A stretch of DNA of 61,743 nucleotides, counting the filler, from Platydemus manokwari (taxonomy: Eukaryota), in assembly GCA_037951405.1 (NCBI GenBank). It is 5 parts of 5 records of this genome, joined end to end, with 100 filler letters (N's around TTAATTAATTAA, not from the genome) between each part and the next. Parts side by side here need not be neighbours in the genome. Positions count along the whole stretch, not along the records: positions 31,061 to 42,172 come from JBBMOY010902199.1; positions 42,273 to 61,743 come from JBBMOY011911385.1; 3 more parts are not named here. One strand, 5' to 3'. Below the pieces are notes generated by a model. That model did not search any database. It was not told the DNA's origin and worked only from the letters and a program-made list of their open reading frames with translations. Shown piece after piece: positions 34,261 to 46,108 of this stretch. The stretch's first letter is position 1. Each line of letters opens with the position of its first letter. Made by a program: the position numbers and the translations under genes.

Positions 34261-34777
34261 AATTGGCTTTAAATTAGCATTTCGAATGGGTGAAGTAACG
34301 CAGCTACTAAATTGAAGGGATAAATTACTGTTTCTGTTCGAATTTGCTGGAGTATATACAGATGGCACACCACAAACCGGGCAACTGGGCCTTTTGCGTT
34401 TAATAGCTGCATATGTGGGATCATAATCATTTGAACTAAGATCATCGCTGCTTAAAATATCCTGATGACTGCCACAACAGCAATGTGAATATTCGGTACT
34501 CGATCGTTGAAATTTATAAAGTTTTGTTGGTGACGGTGAAACAATTTCAAAATGTTCTCTCGATAAAGTGGATTCGTTACAAGAGACAAAGTTCTGCGGA
34601 TCAACCTCCGCTTCATCTGGTTGTTTCAGTTCGTTGTAGTTCTCAGATTCTGTTATCGAAGCAATCTCAGGTTCGACAATAGATTCGTTGAAATTGGGTT
34701 TATTTGAATCGGGGTGGACCGTTTTAGGAATAGGTGGCAACTCTCGATCGATGTGACTTGTTCTACCAGCCTCATGG
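34261..34777 (-). CDS. Large internal exon (517 nt) of an unidentified gene; predicted disordered, Pro/Ser/Glu-rich
   Basis: Acceptor TTAAATAG before 34777, donor GTGAGT after 34261; open frame HEAGRTSHIDRELPPIPKTVHPDSNK..YSHCCCGSHQD..DYDPTYAAIKRKRPSCPVCGVP..NLKPI; GC clearly above the flanks. No family recognised. Confidence 0.7.
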
Positions 34778-34832
34778 CTATTTAATGATAAATACTTTAT
34801 AATTTATTAAATAAAAAAAATTAAGAATACGA

Positions 34833-34860
34833 ATATATATATATGTGTGTGTGTGTGTAT
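34833..34860. repeat. Compound (TA)n(TG)n microsatellite
   Basis: ATATATATATATGTGTGTGTGTGTGTAT read directly. Confidence 0.85.
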
Positions 34861-36379
34861 AATATCAATTTTTCTTTCTTAACATATATTCCGATTAGGT
34901 AAAATAGATTAATAGTATTTTTAATTTTGATTTCTTCTGATAGTCATGAATGGTTAATAAAATCCATTTTCTGGATGAAAAACTATATCCTTAACACTCA
35001 ATCTGTTAAAAGAAAAAACTTGATTGTTATGATACAACATGATATTTCTTAGTACCAGCTTAATACAGTTGAAAGATAGAGAAATCTCTGAACAAAATAA
35101 TAAGAAAGGTATAAAAAACATGTACAAAACCTAATTCATCCAAAATTGGTATTCAGATTTGAACAAGTTCAGTAAAATGGTTTATTAGAGTCTCCCACTC
35201 AACTAATTTCCTTTCATTTTGTCGTGTAATTAAATTCGTGTTCAAAACAATATCAATTATTTTAAAAATCTTATTGGTCGACTCGTCTGAAACAGATTTT
35301 CAGAGAAAAGTAATAATATTCAACAAAATAAACGAATGATAAAAAAAACAAGTATAAATGATTATTAAATCATGGCTAATAGGATGTCTTTCATCATTAA
35401 GTATACCACAGGGATAGTTAATTAAAATTTTCGATGATTTGACTGAACAAAAAAGAAAATTATCCACATGCAGCTATACAAATGGATTGGGAGTGTTTTT
35501 AATTGTATTAGTTGCATCAAATATAAACCCACAGTAAAATCCTCCTCATTAGTAATACGATAATTTCCAAATTATCTAATACAAGAACCGACATGATATA
35601 ATTACCAATAGGTTAAGTTCGTTAGCATCATATATAGATGGGTAAAAAAACAAGACTCGTCAGCATTTGATTTCACCGAGTGATTTCAATTTTGTGTCTC
35701 AGATAGATAGCTAGTGGACTGCAAACAAGATTCATACAGTCATCGATTTTTTTGATTGCAGCACAATTAGTTTAATAACGTGATAGAACATCAATATTTT
35801 ATTTCGCCAGTATTTGAATAGTGAAACTGGGGATAATAAATTCTCATTAAAGCAATATTGAGCAAGATCCATAATGATATGTGATGATTATTATTACATT
35901 TTTTTTTACCACAGTGAAACTCTATGAAAAAAACATCATTCTAAAAAAATAATTTGATTTAATTGGGAATTTAACGAACATATTGGAATAAATAATCATT
36001 TTTCCCATGGAAATACTGAAAAATAAAATTTTAGAAAATTTATATAAAAAAATAAACATAAACATGGTCTCCACGACGCGGTGGGAAAATCCCTCACAAT
36101 ATTGGTTAATTTCGCTTTTTGCTGTTATGATTGAATATGAACGAGAAATCTATCTCAGTCCATTGTTAACGGCAACATCACTGTCAGGAACAAGCTTAAA
36201 GTTGTCGAAATGCTATAAAACGGGCCAATTACAATTCCTTTGAGATGTAATTAGGTTTGGAATTTTAAGTTCTTTTTAGAATAAAAGGATGGAGCAAACT
36301 AGATTATAAATATAGTTTTTTGAATAAATGCCATTTATAATAATGGGGAATATCATATATAGGGTTTGAACCATCGAAG

Positions 36380-36835
36380 ATAAGTACACGACAATCAAAA
36401 ATTGGATAAAACCAAGATGATTTTTAGAATTGTGCAGGAATTCCATAGAAGAATTTCTAAGATGACCCAATCATTATAACAAAAATAATGTTGAAAAAGA
36501 GAATTGGTACTCCTTGCAATTTTTATGGTACATGTTAGTCTTTTGAAACCATTGGAACAGTTCTTGTATCACCAGAAAGTTGATATTAGCCATATACATT
36601 TTATTCAAGATATTACAAGATATTAAAACAACAAAGAATACACGCCCAACAGTTGATAAAAACTGATGATACTGTTATAAGAAATCCATTCTACAAGCCA
36701 TTAAGAAAGAGATTTATTGGTCCTTTCACCATGATAGATATGATATGTAAATAGACTTTCAAATTGTATTACCCAAGACTAAATGAGGATGAATGAAAAT
36801 CAATTGTTAAATTCAGAGCTCTTCGAAAAACATTG
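36380..36835 (+). mobile_element. Degenerate Ty3/Gypsy-like integrase remnant
   Basis: FLELCRNSIEEFLR*PNHYNKNNVEK(frameshift)RIGT resembles the integrase F..LC..GI....PYH.Q.NG.VER..GT motif; downstream KRFIGPFTMI..TFKL resembles the GPY/F module. Many stops; no LTRs seen. Confidence 0.4.
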
Positions 36836-39057
36836 GAAAAAAACGAAAGAAGGAACAAATAGACAAATCAAAAGCAAAAAGCCTGTATCAGATCATGTAA
36901 AATTTATTACCGTGGGGTAATAAACAATGAGAAACAGAAATAAAGGTAAAAGTAAATCACTGAAACAGGAAACCATATAAATATATATATATCGACATTG
37001 AAGATATGGGTGCGATATATTATTAACATTTTCCAACCATGAATAATTTATATTCCTAGTTGAAATAAATAATATTCATATAGAGATAATACATAGATAA
37101 ATACTGAAATATGATCATGATATTAGTTTAATAATATTGAGAATTTAATGAAACCTTGCTGTTTGATTTCATATTCCAGAATCATACCTCATTATAAATA
37201 TACGTTTACATATGAGGTAGCAAAAACATGAACTACTAAATTAATTCTTATCATAATTGATAATGAACATGATCTACAACACTAAATAAATTTGCGATTA
37301 TTTCATAAAATACCGCATTAATTGTTTTATAATTCGTCATTGACTCTATTTTATTGCAACGAGTTATATTAAACAAAAATTTTTCGTTGTTGATATAATT
37401 ATAACTGTTTAGTGTACTTAAACAATGTAATCTAATTGTCATTTAATTAAATAATATTAATATATTAAATTAATTATAATAATTAATGACTAATAATTTA
37501 ATCTTTATTTAATTGCTACAAACCCCACAATAACCGTCTGTGGGATATGGGTTCTTGTAAGAAAATATCCGTGTAGAAAATTATATTTTAAAAATAATAT
37601 TGATAGGAGTTTATCGTAAAGGAAACGTGAGATATCATTTTAATGGAAATAATTCTTGCAATCAAAACATAATGAAAACAAAATTGTTAAAAGAAAGATT
37701 AGCAGAATTTATTCTTAACTATCGAAACTTTAATAGATATAATTCATTAAAACAAAATTCAATTTTAAAGGTTATAATAAATAGCTTTACTTGACTTTTT
37801 ATGTTCACGATTTTACTCAATATGAAATAAAATTTAATCATCAATATACAGAAACAATCAGAGCAATCACGTTTGAAAGGAACTTGTTCTAACCTCAATT
37901 CCTAATCTCTGACAACAATAACAGAATGAAATGATATTACAATGATGCATGATAATCAATTCAGGTTTGTGTGAGAATGAGAATGCTCATTCATTTACTA
38001 TAACAGCCCTCGGCGTTATAACAGGGAACTCTATGTTATTTTTTTTAAATGATAATGAATTTTCAAACAACATCAATAGTTTAATTCAATTACTGCGATA
38101 CCATTGTAATAAATAATTTCAGAAATACAAGAAATATATTTTGTTAAACTTTATTTATAATTTATGAATCCACCATCAAAATTATAAACAGAATTTACTG
38201 TCAAAGAGAATTACAATTCACCTTCCATTTATGCATCATCATATATCGGACTTATTTCATCATACCCAAAAATACATTAGGATCACCACCGTATCTTAGC
38301 GATTCACTTAAATTCATTGTTTTATATGTTCTGATCACCACCATGCAAAACGTAAGAGAACTTTCTGATTGTAACACTCGCAATTTTACAAAGCGATTCA
38401 TAGAAATATTAATTTTGGAATTTTTCTTACTTATTTTATTTATCTACTTATTATTTATCTCTTGGTTCTTATTGCTCAAAGTATTTTGATTTCAATCAAG
38501 ATATCTTTTACAATTGAAGTCCTTGTGTTTGGATTTTCAAGATACAAGCTTTTATATAAGAACGGTTAGAACTCTCAGTAAAAAATAATTCAAATAATTT
38601 AGAATAATTTTATGATCAATATGCAAAAGAAATTGAAATTATACGGGTCGAGGCATACTTCCCGTTTAACGAAAATGAAATCTCTTTCAGACAGAAAAAT
38701 CATTGTATCTGTTTTCAGTTATTTAAGCTTCGATTAGCAGTGTTGAATAAGTTAAAAACAACAATTAAAATTTTAATTTACATTTCAATGTAAAATAATT
38801 TGATGAAAAAACAATAAAAGTTGATCATTTGTTTAAAATTAACACTTTTATATGACATTTTAATGCTACAGTTTTTATTAAATAAAAACGTAGAGAAAAC
38901 AAATTGAAAAGTCAAGACAATAAATTGAAAACAAAATTATTTCAAACAATCAAAAGATTTTGATATTTATTTATAAAACATTTTAAATAAAAATTTTTAA
39001 ATCCTCACACTTCGCATTAATTTGAAATGTTTGATATTCTATGTATTACCTATTATC

Positions 39058-39510
39058 TTTGTGAGCATTTAAAATTGAATTAAAAGTTTTAAAGATATAA
39101 TTTTATAAAAAATCAAACTAATTTGTTCGTTTCAGTTCGTTTTCAATGCGTGTATTATAAAATAGTAGCGGCTGATCTCTGTAAAGAATTCTTCATATAT
39201 TTATTTAAATGAAAATTTCTATTTCTTCTTCAAATATTCTAAGAATTTTCTTCATATTTTCTATGTCTTCTCTTCATATGTTCTATGTCTTCTATCTCTT
39301 CTATACTTCCATGTTCATAGACATTCTCAGAATGGAATCCAAATGCGTGGTCGCCATGTAAGCCGCTACAATTTTATAAAGAACGTAAAGAAAACGAAAT
39401 GAAAAGTTATGACACATAATTAACTATTTAAGAACAATTATTTAAACAAATTATTATATTTTGATATTAATTTATAAAATATTTTTATATTGAAATTATT
39501 AAATCCCCAC
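39058..39510. mobile_element. Repeat family B, fold-back/MITE-like copy with inverted arms around a pyrimidine-rich spacer
   Basis: 39129-39175 (TTTCAGTTCGTTTTC..TTATAAAATAGTAGCGGCT) is the inverted counterpart of 39361-39405 (AGCCGCTACAATTTTATAA..GAAAACGAAATGAAA). A further right-arm-like copy lies at 38862-39010; the spacer/junction matches 2405-2560 on the opposite strand (ACATGGCGACCA..ATTCTGAGA). Confidence 0.65.
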
Positions 39511-42172
39511 AATTATATTGTCATGATTCAACACAGTAAATCATTGGATTTATATGTTAAATACTATCTACTTAATTATCCCATAAACCATACGAGTTTG
39601 AATTTCAGATTTTCTTTCGTGTAGATTATTTATATTTATTTTTATTATTTATTAAATTCTATCAAGACAAAATAACATAAAAAATATTAAATAAATTATT
39701 TATCACTTTCATGAATATAAAATCATTATAAATTAATTGGAGAGAATATTTACAATAATATTCCATATATAATGGAAATATTTTCGATGTGTTTTTGAAA
39801 TGTTTTATTTGCTAGATTTTGAAGCCAAAAAACTGCATTTCGTTTTCGTTAGTTATAAAAATGGATGAATTAAAAAAAATTAAAACTTTCTAATTTTAGT
39901 AACATGATCTGACTCATTTCTGCAACGAATTTCCGAGTAAAATTGTTGTTGTTTGAATTTCAATATCAATAATTGTTTTTTCTGTATTGAATAAAATGAA
40001 AATTGAAAAGTCACCACAAATCAATATGTTCAAGGGTAGACAATAATTGATTTTTCATATGTTGGATTGAAATTAAAAATTAATTAAAACTAATTAATTA
40101 CGATTATTATGTAAATAGTGATAATAAAACAGGGCAAAGAAATTTTGGCTAGCATTTTTTGTTTTCTTTCTCGAATATTGTAGTTAATCTTCTAATAATC
40201 ATGAGAATAGATCGAAATTTGTTAGCAACAAATACAGATTTGGAGAATCTCTATCGAATTGAATTAATGTTTTTCTTGTTTTAAATAATTAATTTAATAA
40301 CATAGTTTTGATTTATATAGTTTTGGAATTAAATCAATAAATGATCTTACTCCGACATTCCTTCGGATGTGGCAGCAGACAAATCAGGAATCTAAACATA
40401 ATAAAAATCAGATCTTAATATCGATGTTTTACAATAACGAAGATAAGTATTAAATGACAATGATATTAAAATTCTTTCGAATATTTGAATATTTTAACCC
40501 AATATTTCCCACTAGAATCAAACTAGAAATTTTTCATCAGAACCACGAGAGAGAATTAGAGCCGATTTTGGGGTCAAATTAATCCCGTTCAATTACAAAT
40601 CATTTACCTAATTTGATAATATAACATGTACAAGAAAATTTCCATTAGTTCACATGGCACAAGCATGACAAGGACATTGTTCCTATTAAAATGTTGGCGA
40701 CTTTGTGATATTTAATTACGTCATTACAAATATTGATAGACGGAAAATAAAATTAAATAATTTTATTTCTTTATAGATAAACATAAAAGTAAGTAAAAAC
40801 CACTCGTTTTTTATGTAACTTCGGTAATAAACTGCAAGACGGGTTCGTACTTGTCGAAAAGATTCATTTGATTAGTTAGAGATCTTAAATATAATTCTAT
40901 TAAAAATTTTCTTTATTTTGATAAAAAGAAAACGATTACTCCAACTAATTGAAGAATTGGTAACCGAATTTAATTTAATTTTTAATAGGTTTAACTTGAA
41001 ATTGTGTTGAAGATTTTTGATTATTTTGATAGAAAAATATGTAACAGCATTTACAAAACAAATTTCGTATCAATTTATTAAATATAACTAAAGATAGATT
41101 TACAGTTGTAGTTCGATTAAATATGAATGGTGATAAAAAAATTCATAAATATTAACAAATTTAAGAAATTTCATTGGTTCAATAGATTTACTGAGCTCAG
41201 CCAATATTGATACTCCATTATGACAACCGTTTTCCCGGAACAATATTGATTAAGATCGACTACACACACATAAACACGCATATATGCGTATGTGTGTAAG
41301 CCATCGAAAAATACATTTTACAGTAAATCACATTAATATAATAAGGTTACTGAGATTTTATATTGGTTATACATAAATGTAGTAGTATTGAGGGTATATA
41401 ATGGGAGAGCATATAAATAAGCTTTTAAATGAAATATTAATTTCAATAAGCACTTAAAAACGATAATTTATAATTTTCTAATTAACACTCAAAAACAATA
41501 GTCATGACATGATTTTATTATGATACAATTTTTTTTAGAATAAATGTAGAATGTCGTCGTAATTCGTTCAACTACGTATTGGTTCTAAAAGAGAAACAAT
41601 TCTATTAATAGATACAAAAATGCATTAGCATATTAAATTTAATGTTTGTTTTCTAGACAAGTTGATCCAATGATTTCATTTTTAAGGCATTTTTCATTCA
41701 ATAGGTTTTCCAAAATTCTTGATAAAATTAATTCAACAATAAATCGATGAAAGCTGAAAAATTATGAATTAAAAAGTGCTCATTAAATTATTCAGTTAGG
41801 TATAATGTTAAAATATTAATATCAGGTTGAGATTTGATAAATTTTGTTGAGGTTTATTATTTTATCATTTATCGAAATGTTTCGATTTGCCTACCATTTA
41901 ATACAAATAAATTAATTTCTGGCTGCCATCGATTTTCAAAAATTCTATGAAAAATACTGATCTATAACATAGTTTTGAAATTATATATTTATTTTTGATT
42001 TATTTGTAGAATTTTCTAAAAATAAATGTTATTATCATTGAAATAAAGCTGCTGGAATACGATTTTAGTCTAGTTTGAAGAGAAAAATAATGAGCAATAT
42101 AGAATATTATGACAATGTACATTATAATTATCAGAATTATTAATGATAAACCAAAATAGTTTTAATTTATAA

Positions 42173-42272
42173 NNNNNNNNNNNNNNNNNNNNNNNNNNNN
42201 NNNNNNNNNNNNNNNNTTAATTAATTAANNNNNNNNNNNNNNNNNNNNNNNNNNNNNNNNNNNNNNNNNNNN
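42173..42272. other. Artificial contig spacer
   Basis: 44 N + TTAATTAATTAA + 44 N. Confidence 0.97.
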
Positions 42273-43972
42273 ATTTGATATTTGTAAAATATTATGATGA
42301 GGATCGAACGATAAAATATGCAAAACCATATCCAGCACATTTATATAATCACGAAATAAAGTGATTTATTTTCGAAATGTTTCTTTTCCTCTTCTTCATT
42401 TACGACTTTTTAATGGATTTATATATTTTAAAATCATATTTTCATTCGTGATAAAATTTCGTTATAACTTGTATCGAAATACAAACATCATGTTGCCAGT
42501 ATTAAAAATGTACCAGTTTATGAATCTGTCAATGAAACTGTGAGAAGAGATCAATTCTGGACTTTATCAAACATTTTATAGACTGCAGTTCTTTCAATTT
42601 TTTTGAAAATTTGATGGGGATTTTCATTGGTTTAAAAAATTCAACGAGTAAATTGATTTTTATCTTTTTAAAAGCGTAACATTTGATTTAATATTCTTCA
42701 CATTCCATTTAATCAAACCAAAATAAAGTTACATACTCTTTAGTAAAGGAATTTCCAAATTATTTTAGGCCTAATACCGGTGAAATATTGATTGATACAA
42801 GATATATTTTGATTCGTGTATTTTTTATGAAATAATTGATTGATTTGTTCATCGTGTTTTATCCAACTGGGTTTAAATTGTAATTCGATATAGACTTACA
42901 CGCATACACACACGTATATATGCATGTATGTGTGTAATTTTGCAGGAAATTGTGATCGATATGATTTAAATATATCCATCAATGTTTGAGAATAGTTGAC
43001 ATAATTTGTTTTATTCTCTTTCTGGAATAGAAAGCTTGAAAAATTGATAACTCTCTGCTTTGAAGTAGTGCAATATTTTACTCGCTTAATTAATGATTAT
43101 CGAAGGATTAGTGAGGAGGCAATATTTTTCTGTGATACACGATTTTCAGTAAGAGAACTGAATTTGTAGAAGCCAGTTTTTGAAATCATTTTTAAAATTG
43201 CCTTCACTGTAAGCGATCTACATACAATACATTCGCTAATTGGATCATAATGAATAGCTCGATAATTAGGTCATCTCCAATTAAATAGATCCAGTTTAAT
43301 GCTAATCAATAATAATGAAATAAATTATCTCCAATAAAAACAAGTTAAAGAAATTAAAAATATTCATGATTATAAAATCTCTGTTAACCATACAAAATTT
43401 TACATGTCGGGTAGGTTATTTAAATGTGGGCATCCAAATATTTGTGGAATTATATATTTTTAAAATTTAAATATTTTTTTTTTATATTTCAAATTTCTAC
43501 TAGGTTTTCCAAACTTGTCAAGTTTCATTAAAAGATATAAAAGATGTATTTATATCATTTTTAATTTTTTATACCCACGTAATAAAAAATAAATTCGAAA
43601 AATACTTTTTTCTTTAGTGGATAAAAGATTTTGTTATTTTTTAAAATTTACTTGTTCTGACGTTCTGTTTTTTTTGTTAATTTCGTCATTTAAATGACAT
43701 TACGGTTTGAATCGATTTTTAAAATATTTGATGTTCTTTACCAATTGAAAGAGAAATAAAACAAGAAAGGCTGACGGTTTTTTATTACGGCCTCTACACA
43801 AACTAGCTAAAATCGCTCATTTGAATGCCGTTTATGAAAAATTCTATGATTCGTTTATACATTACGGATATACATAAAATTAGACATGGCTCTTTGTTAA
43901 ACACGCGAGAAACTGTTGACAATAATTGATTGCAAATACTTTATAATTAATCAATATATATATTTTATTTAG

Positions 43973-44276
43973 AGAGTTTGCTATTGGTTTCGAATTAGAG
44001 TCAGTGGATCAGTATAATACCAGCAATCCCAATAATTTCAAAAAGAAATTATCTGGGGATTATCGGTAATAGAATTATTGATTTTTATGCTTGGATAATT
44101 TCACGTTGATAATTTCATTTTCTCGATTCAGCCGAGGATTTGTTGTTTCAGAATTCAATAATATGTCAGGAGGTATTTATAATATCAGAGTTTCCACTTA
44201 TTCTCCCAACCAAGAAGGTCCATTCATATTGAAAATTGGATCGATCAGGGACCTCAGTCTTTACCAACTAACATAA
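43973..44276 (+). CDS. CAPN7: Calpain-7 (PalB-like), last two exons 43973-44065 and 44132-44276
   Basis: EFAIGFELESVDQYNTSNPNNFKKKLSGDYR|RGFVVSEFNNMSGGIYNIRVSTYSPNQEGPFILKIGSIRDLSLYQLT* matches the calpain-7 C-terminal domain (YSVGFE..SGDYRxGF..GIxNI.PSTF.P.QEGPF.L); 66-nt GT-AG intron keeps frame. Upstream exons not recognised in this contig. Confidence 0.88.
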
Positions 44277-45364
44277 ATCAAACGTTTATTTTATCATTCA
44301 AACTTTGAATAACGATAATAAAATGTCTTGTTATTATCTTCTATTATTTTCTGAAATATTTTGGATGTGGTATTAAAATTTCAAAGGATATCGATTTATT
44401 GAAAATGAGGTGAATTTATTGTATTAGATAGTAATTGGAATAACATTAGCGAGCGTTGTCGTAACATTATAAAAATGTTTTGTATTATGTCAAACTGATA
44501 TCCAAATGCATGAGGTTCGTGAGAGGTGAATATCATTTATTTATATTGGAAAGTTCTAAACGATATTATTCAAGCCACAAAGCATAAATACACAATAACT
44601 CGGAATTAATTTCATTCTTGTCATTACATTTCAGATACAATTATTCAACGTGAACGATATACAGATTTCAAAACTTGATAACCGATTACCGTTATTCAAA
44701 ATCACAAGCGGTTTTTTTAAATTGTGAATATTTTTTATTAATTCTTGAGCTTTTGAAATTCATTTTAAGGAATAAAATTTTTGTTGAGTTTAATAAGAAG
44801 AAAGATTTTTTATTATTCCAGATTATATTGTTAATGCATAATAAAATCTCTATCTATAAACGCTACTTAATTTCTGAGACAATTTAGATTTTTTATGAGA
44901 TTTATTATATCACATCGTTAACCCAGGATATCTTAATTAATAAATGGATTGAAAGAAATATTATCGACAAATTATTCTAGATAAATATCAATTACTTATC
45001 GACAAAACAATAAACCTAATCGTTAATATTAATGCGAAATATGCTATTAGATATACAATCCATAAGGGTTTAAACATACATCAATAATAAGTATTATATA
45101 GACACAACAAATAAAATACGATAAGATACATAATATATAAGATTATGAAATCAATAAAATGTGGGCGTAAAAATTTTTTGAATAACATTTTAAAATCAGA
45201 AATTATTAATTCGAGGGAAACCCGTTGTGATGATTTCATAAAAACCATAGATTTTAAAAATAAAATTCATATCACCGTGGCAACATGGTAAATTATCACA
45301 ACGAAAGTAAAATATCACAAAAATGAATCATCACGCCCACAAAATTCAATTATATATAAACCAG

Positions 45365-45900
45365 CATCACAAATCAGTGATTGCACAAAATGTTCTCGCT
45401 ACAAATCGCATACGTTCACATAAGCACATAGAATTATAAGATCATAGAATTATTTTCCGATATTTCAGACGGGATTTGCAATCCAACAAGCATTCGCAAG
45501 CAGAATCATTCCGTCATTATTTCGTACTTGCATTCAATAAATTTATTCAATTCAATTCACACTTCAATTTTATACCGAAACATGGCAACCATTATTATTA
45601 TCATTGTTAGACTATTTGCATCAATCTCTGACAGGAGACGTGTTGTGAAATAATAACTACGTTGATCCTTCAAATTCTATTAGAATTTGCTGGGACAATT
45701 AAATCAAAGCTCCAATTCTTGTTTCATATCACAGAAGAATGTCATTAGTTATATCCAGGGATTATTGGTCTCTTCAGGATACATTATCCCATCTGTCGAT
45801 TTTAAAGCATTTCACATTTGTTTATCATTATTATGTTCAATAAAGACTTTTATATCAGTTGTCTTATTTTGATCATAGTAGTTTGCAACTTATTAAAACT
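45365..45900 (-). pseudogene. Heavily decayed frame, possibly a piggyBac transposase 3' remnant
   Basis: Minus-strand frame with scattered stops (..FIEHNNDKQM*NALKSTDGIMYPEETNNPWI*LMTFFCDM..) followed by a Cys-rich end (CLCER/AICSE/REH); loosely piggyBac-like, by eye only. Confidence 0.2.
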
Positions 45901-46108
45901 GTTAGATGACAGATCTTTGATGGAATCATTAACTATCTGTTCTAACTTATATCATTAACTTAAGGACTAAATGATCGATAAATTATTGTTGATTCATTCA
46001 TATACATGTCATGTCGCAAATTCCATAATTATAATAATTATCAAAATATATAACAATAAAGAGAAATTTCATGAAAAAATTTATTAATAAAATATGATAT
46101 CTAGTTAT

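Noticed and set aside
35000-35290. In-frame TGA followed by open frame and GT-AG-like segments as stop readthrough or selenocysteine
   Set aside because: No coherent spliced protein, no homology and no SECIS recognised.
38150-38400. HGGD/YGGD-containing minus-strand frames as a Tc1 transposase remnant
   Set aside because: Only a 3-4 residue resemblance; no TIRs found.
11421-42228. TTAATTAATTAA recurring at ~10-kb intervals as a biological repeat or array
   Set aside because: Always centred in exactly 44+44 Ns; an assembly linker with six-frame stops.
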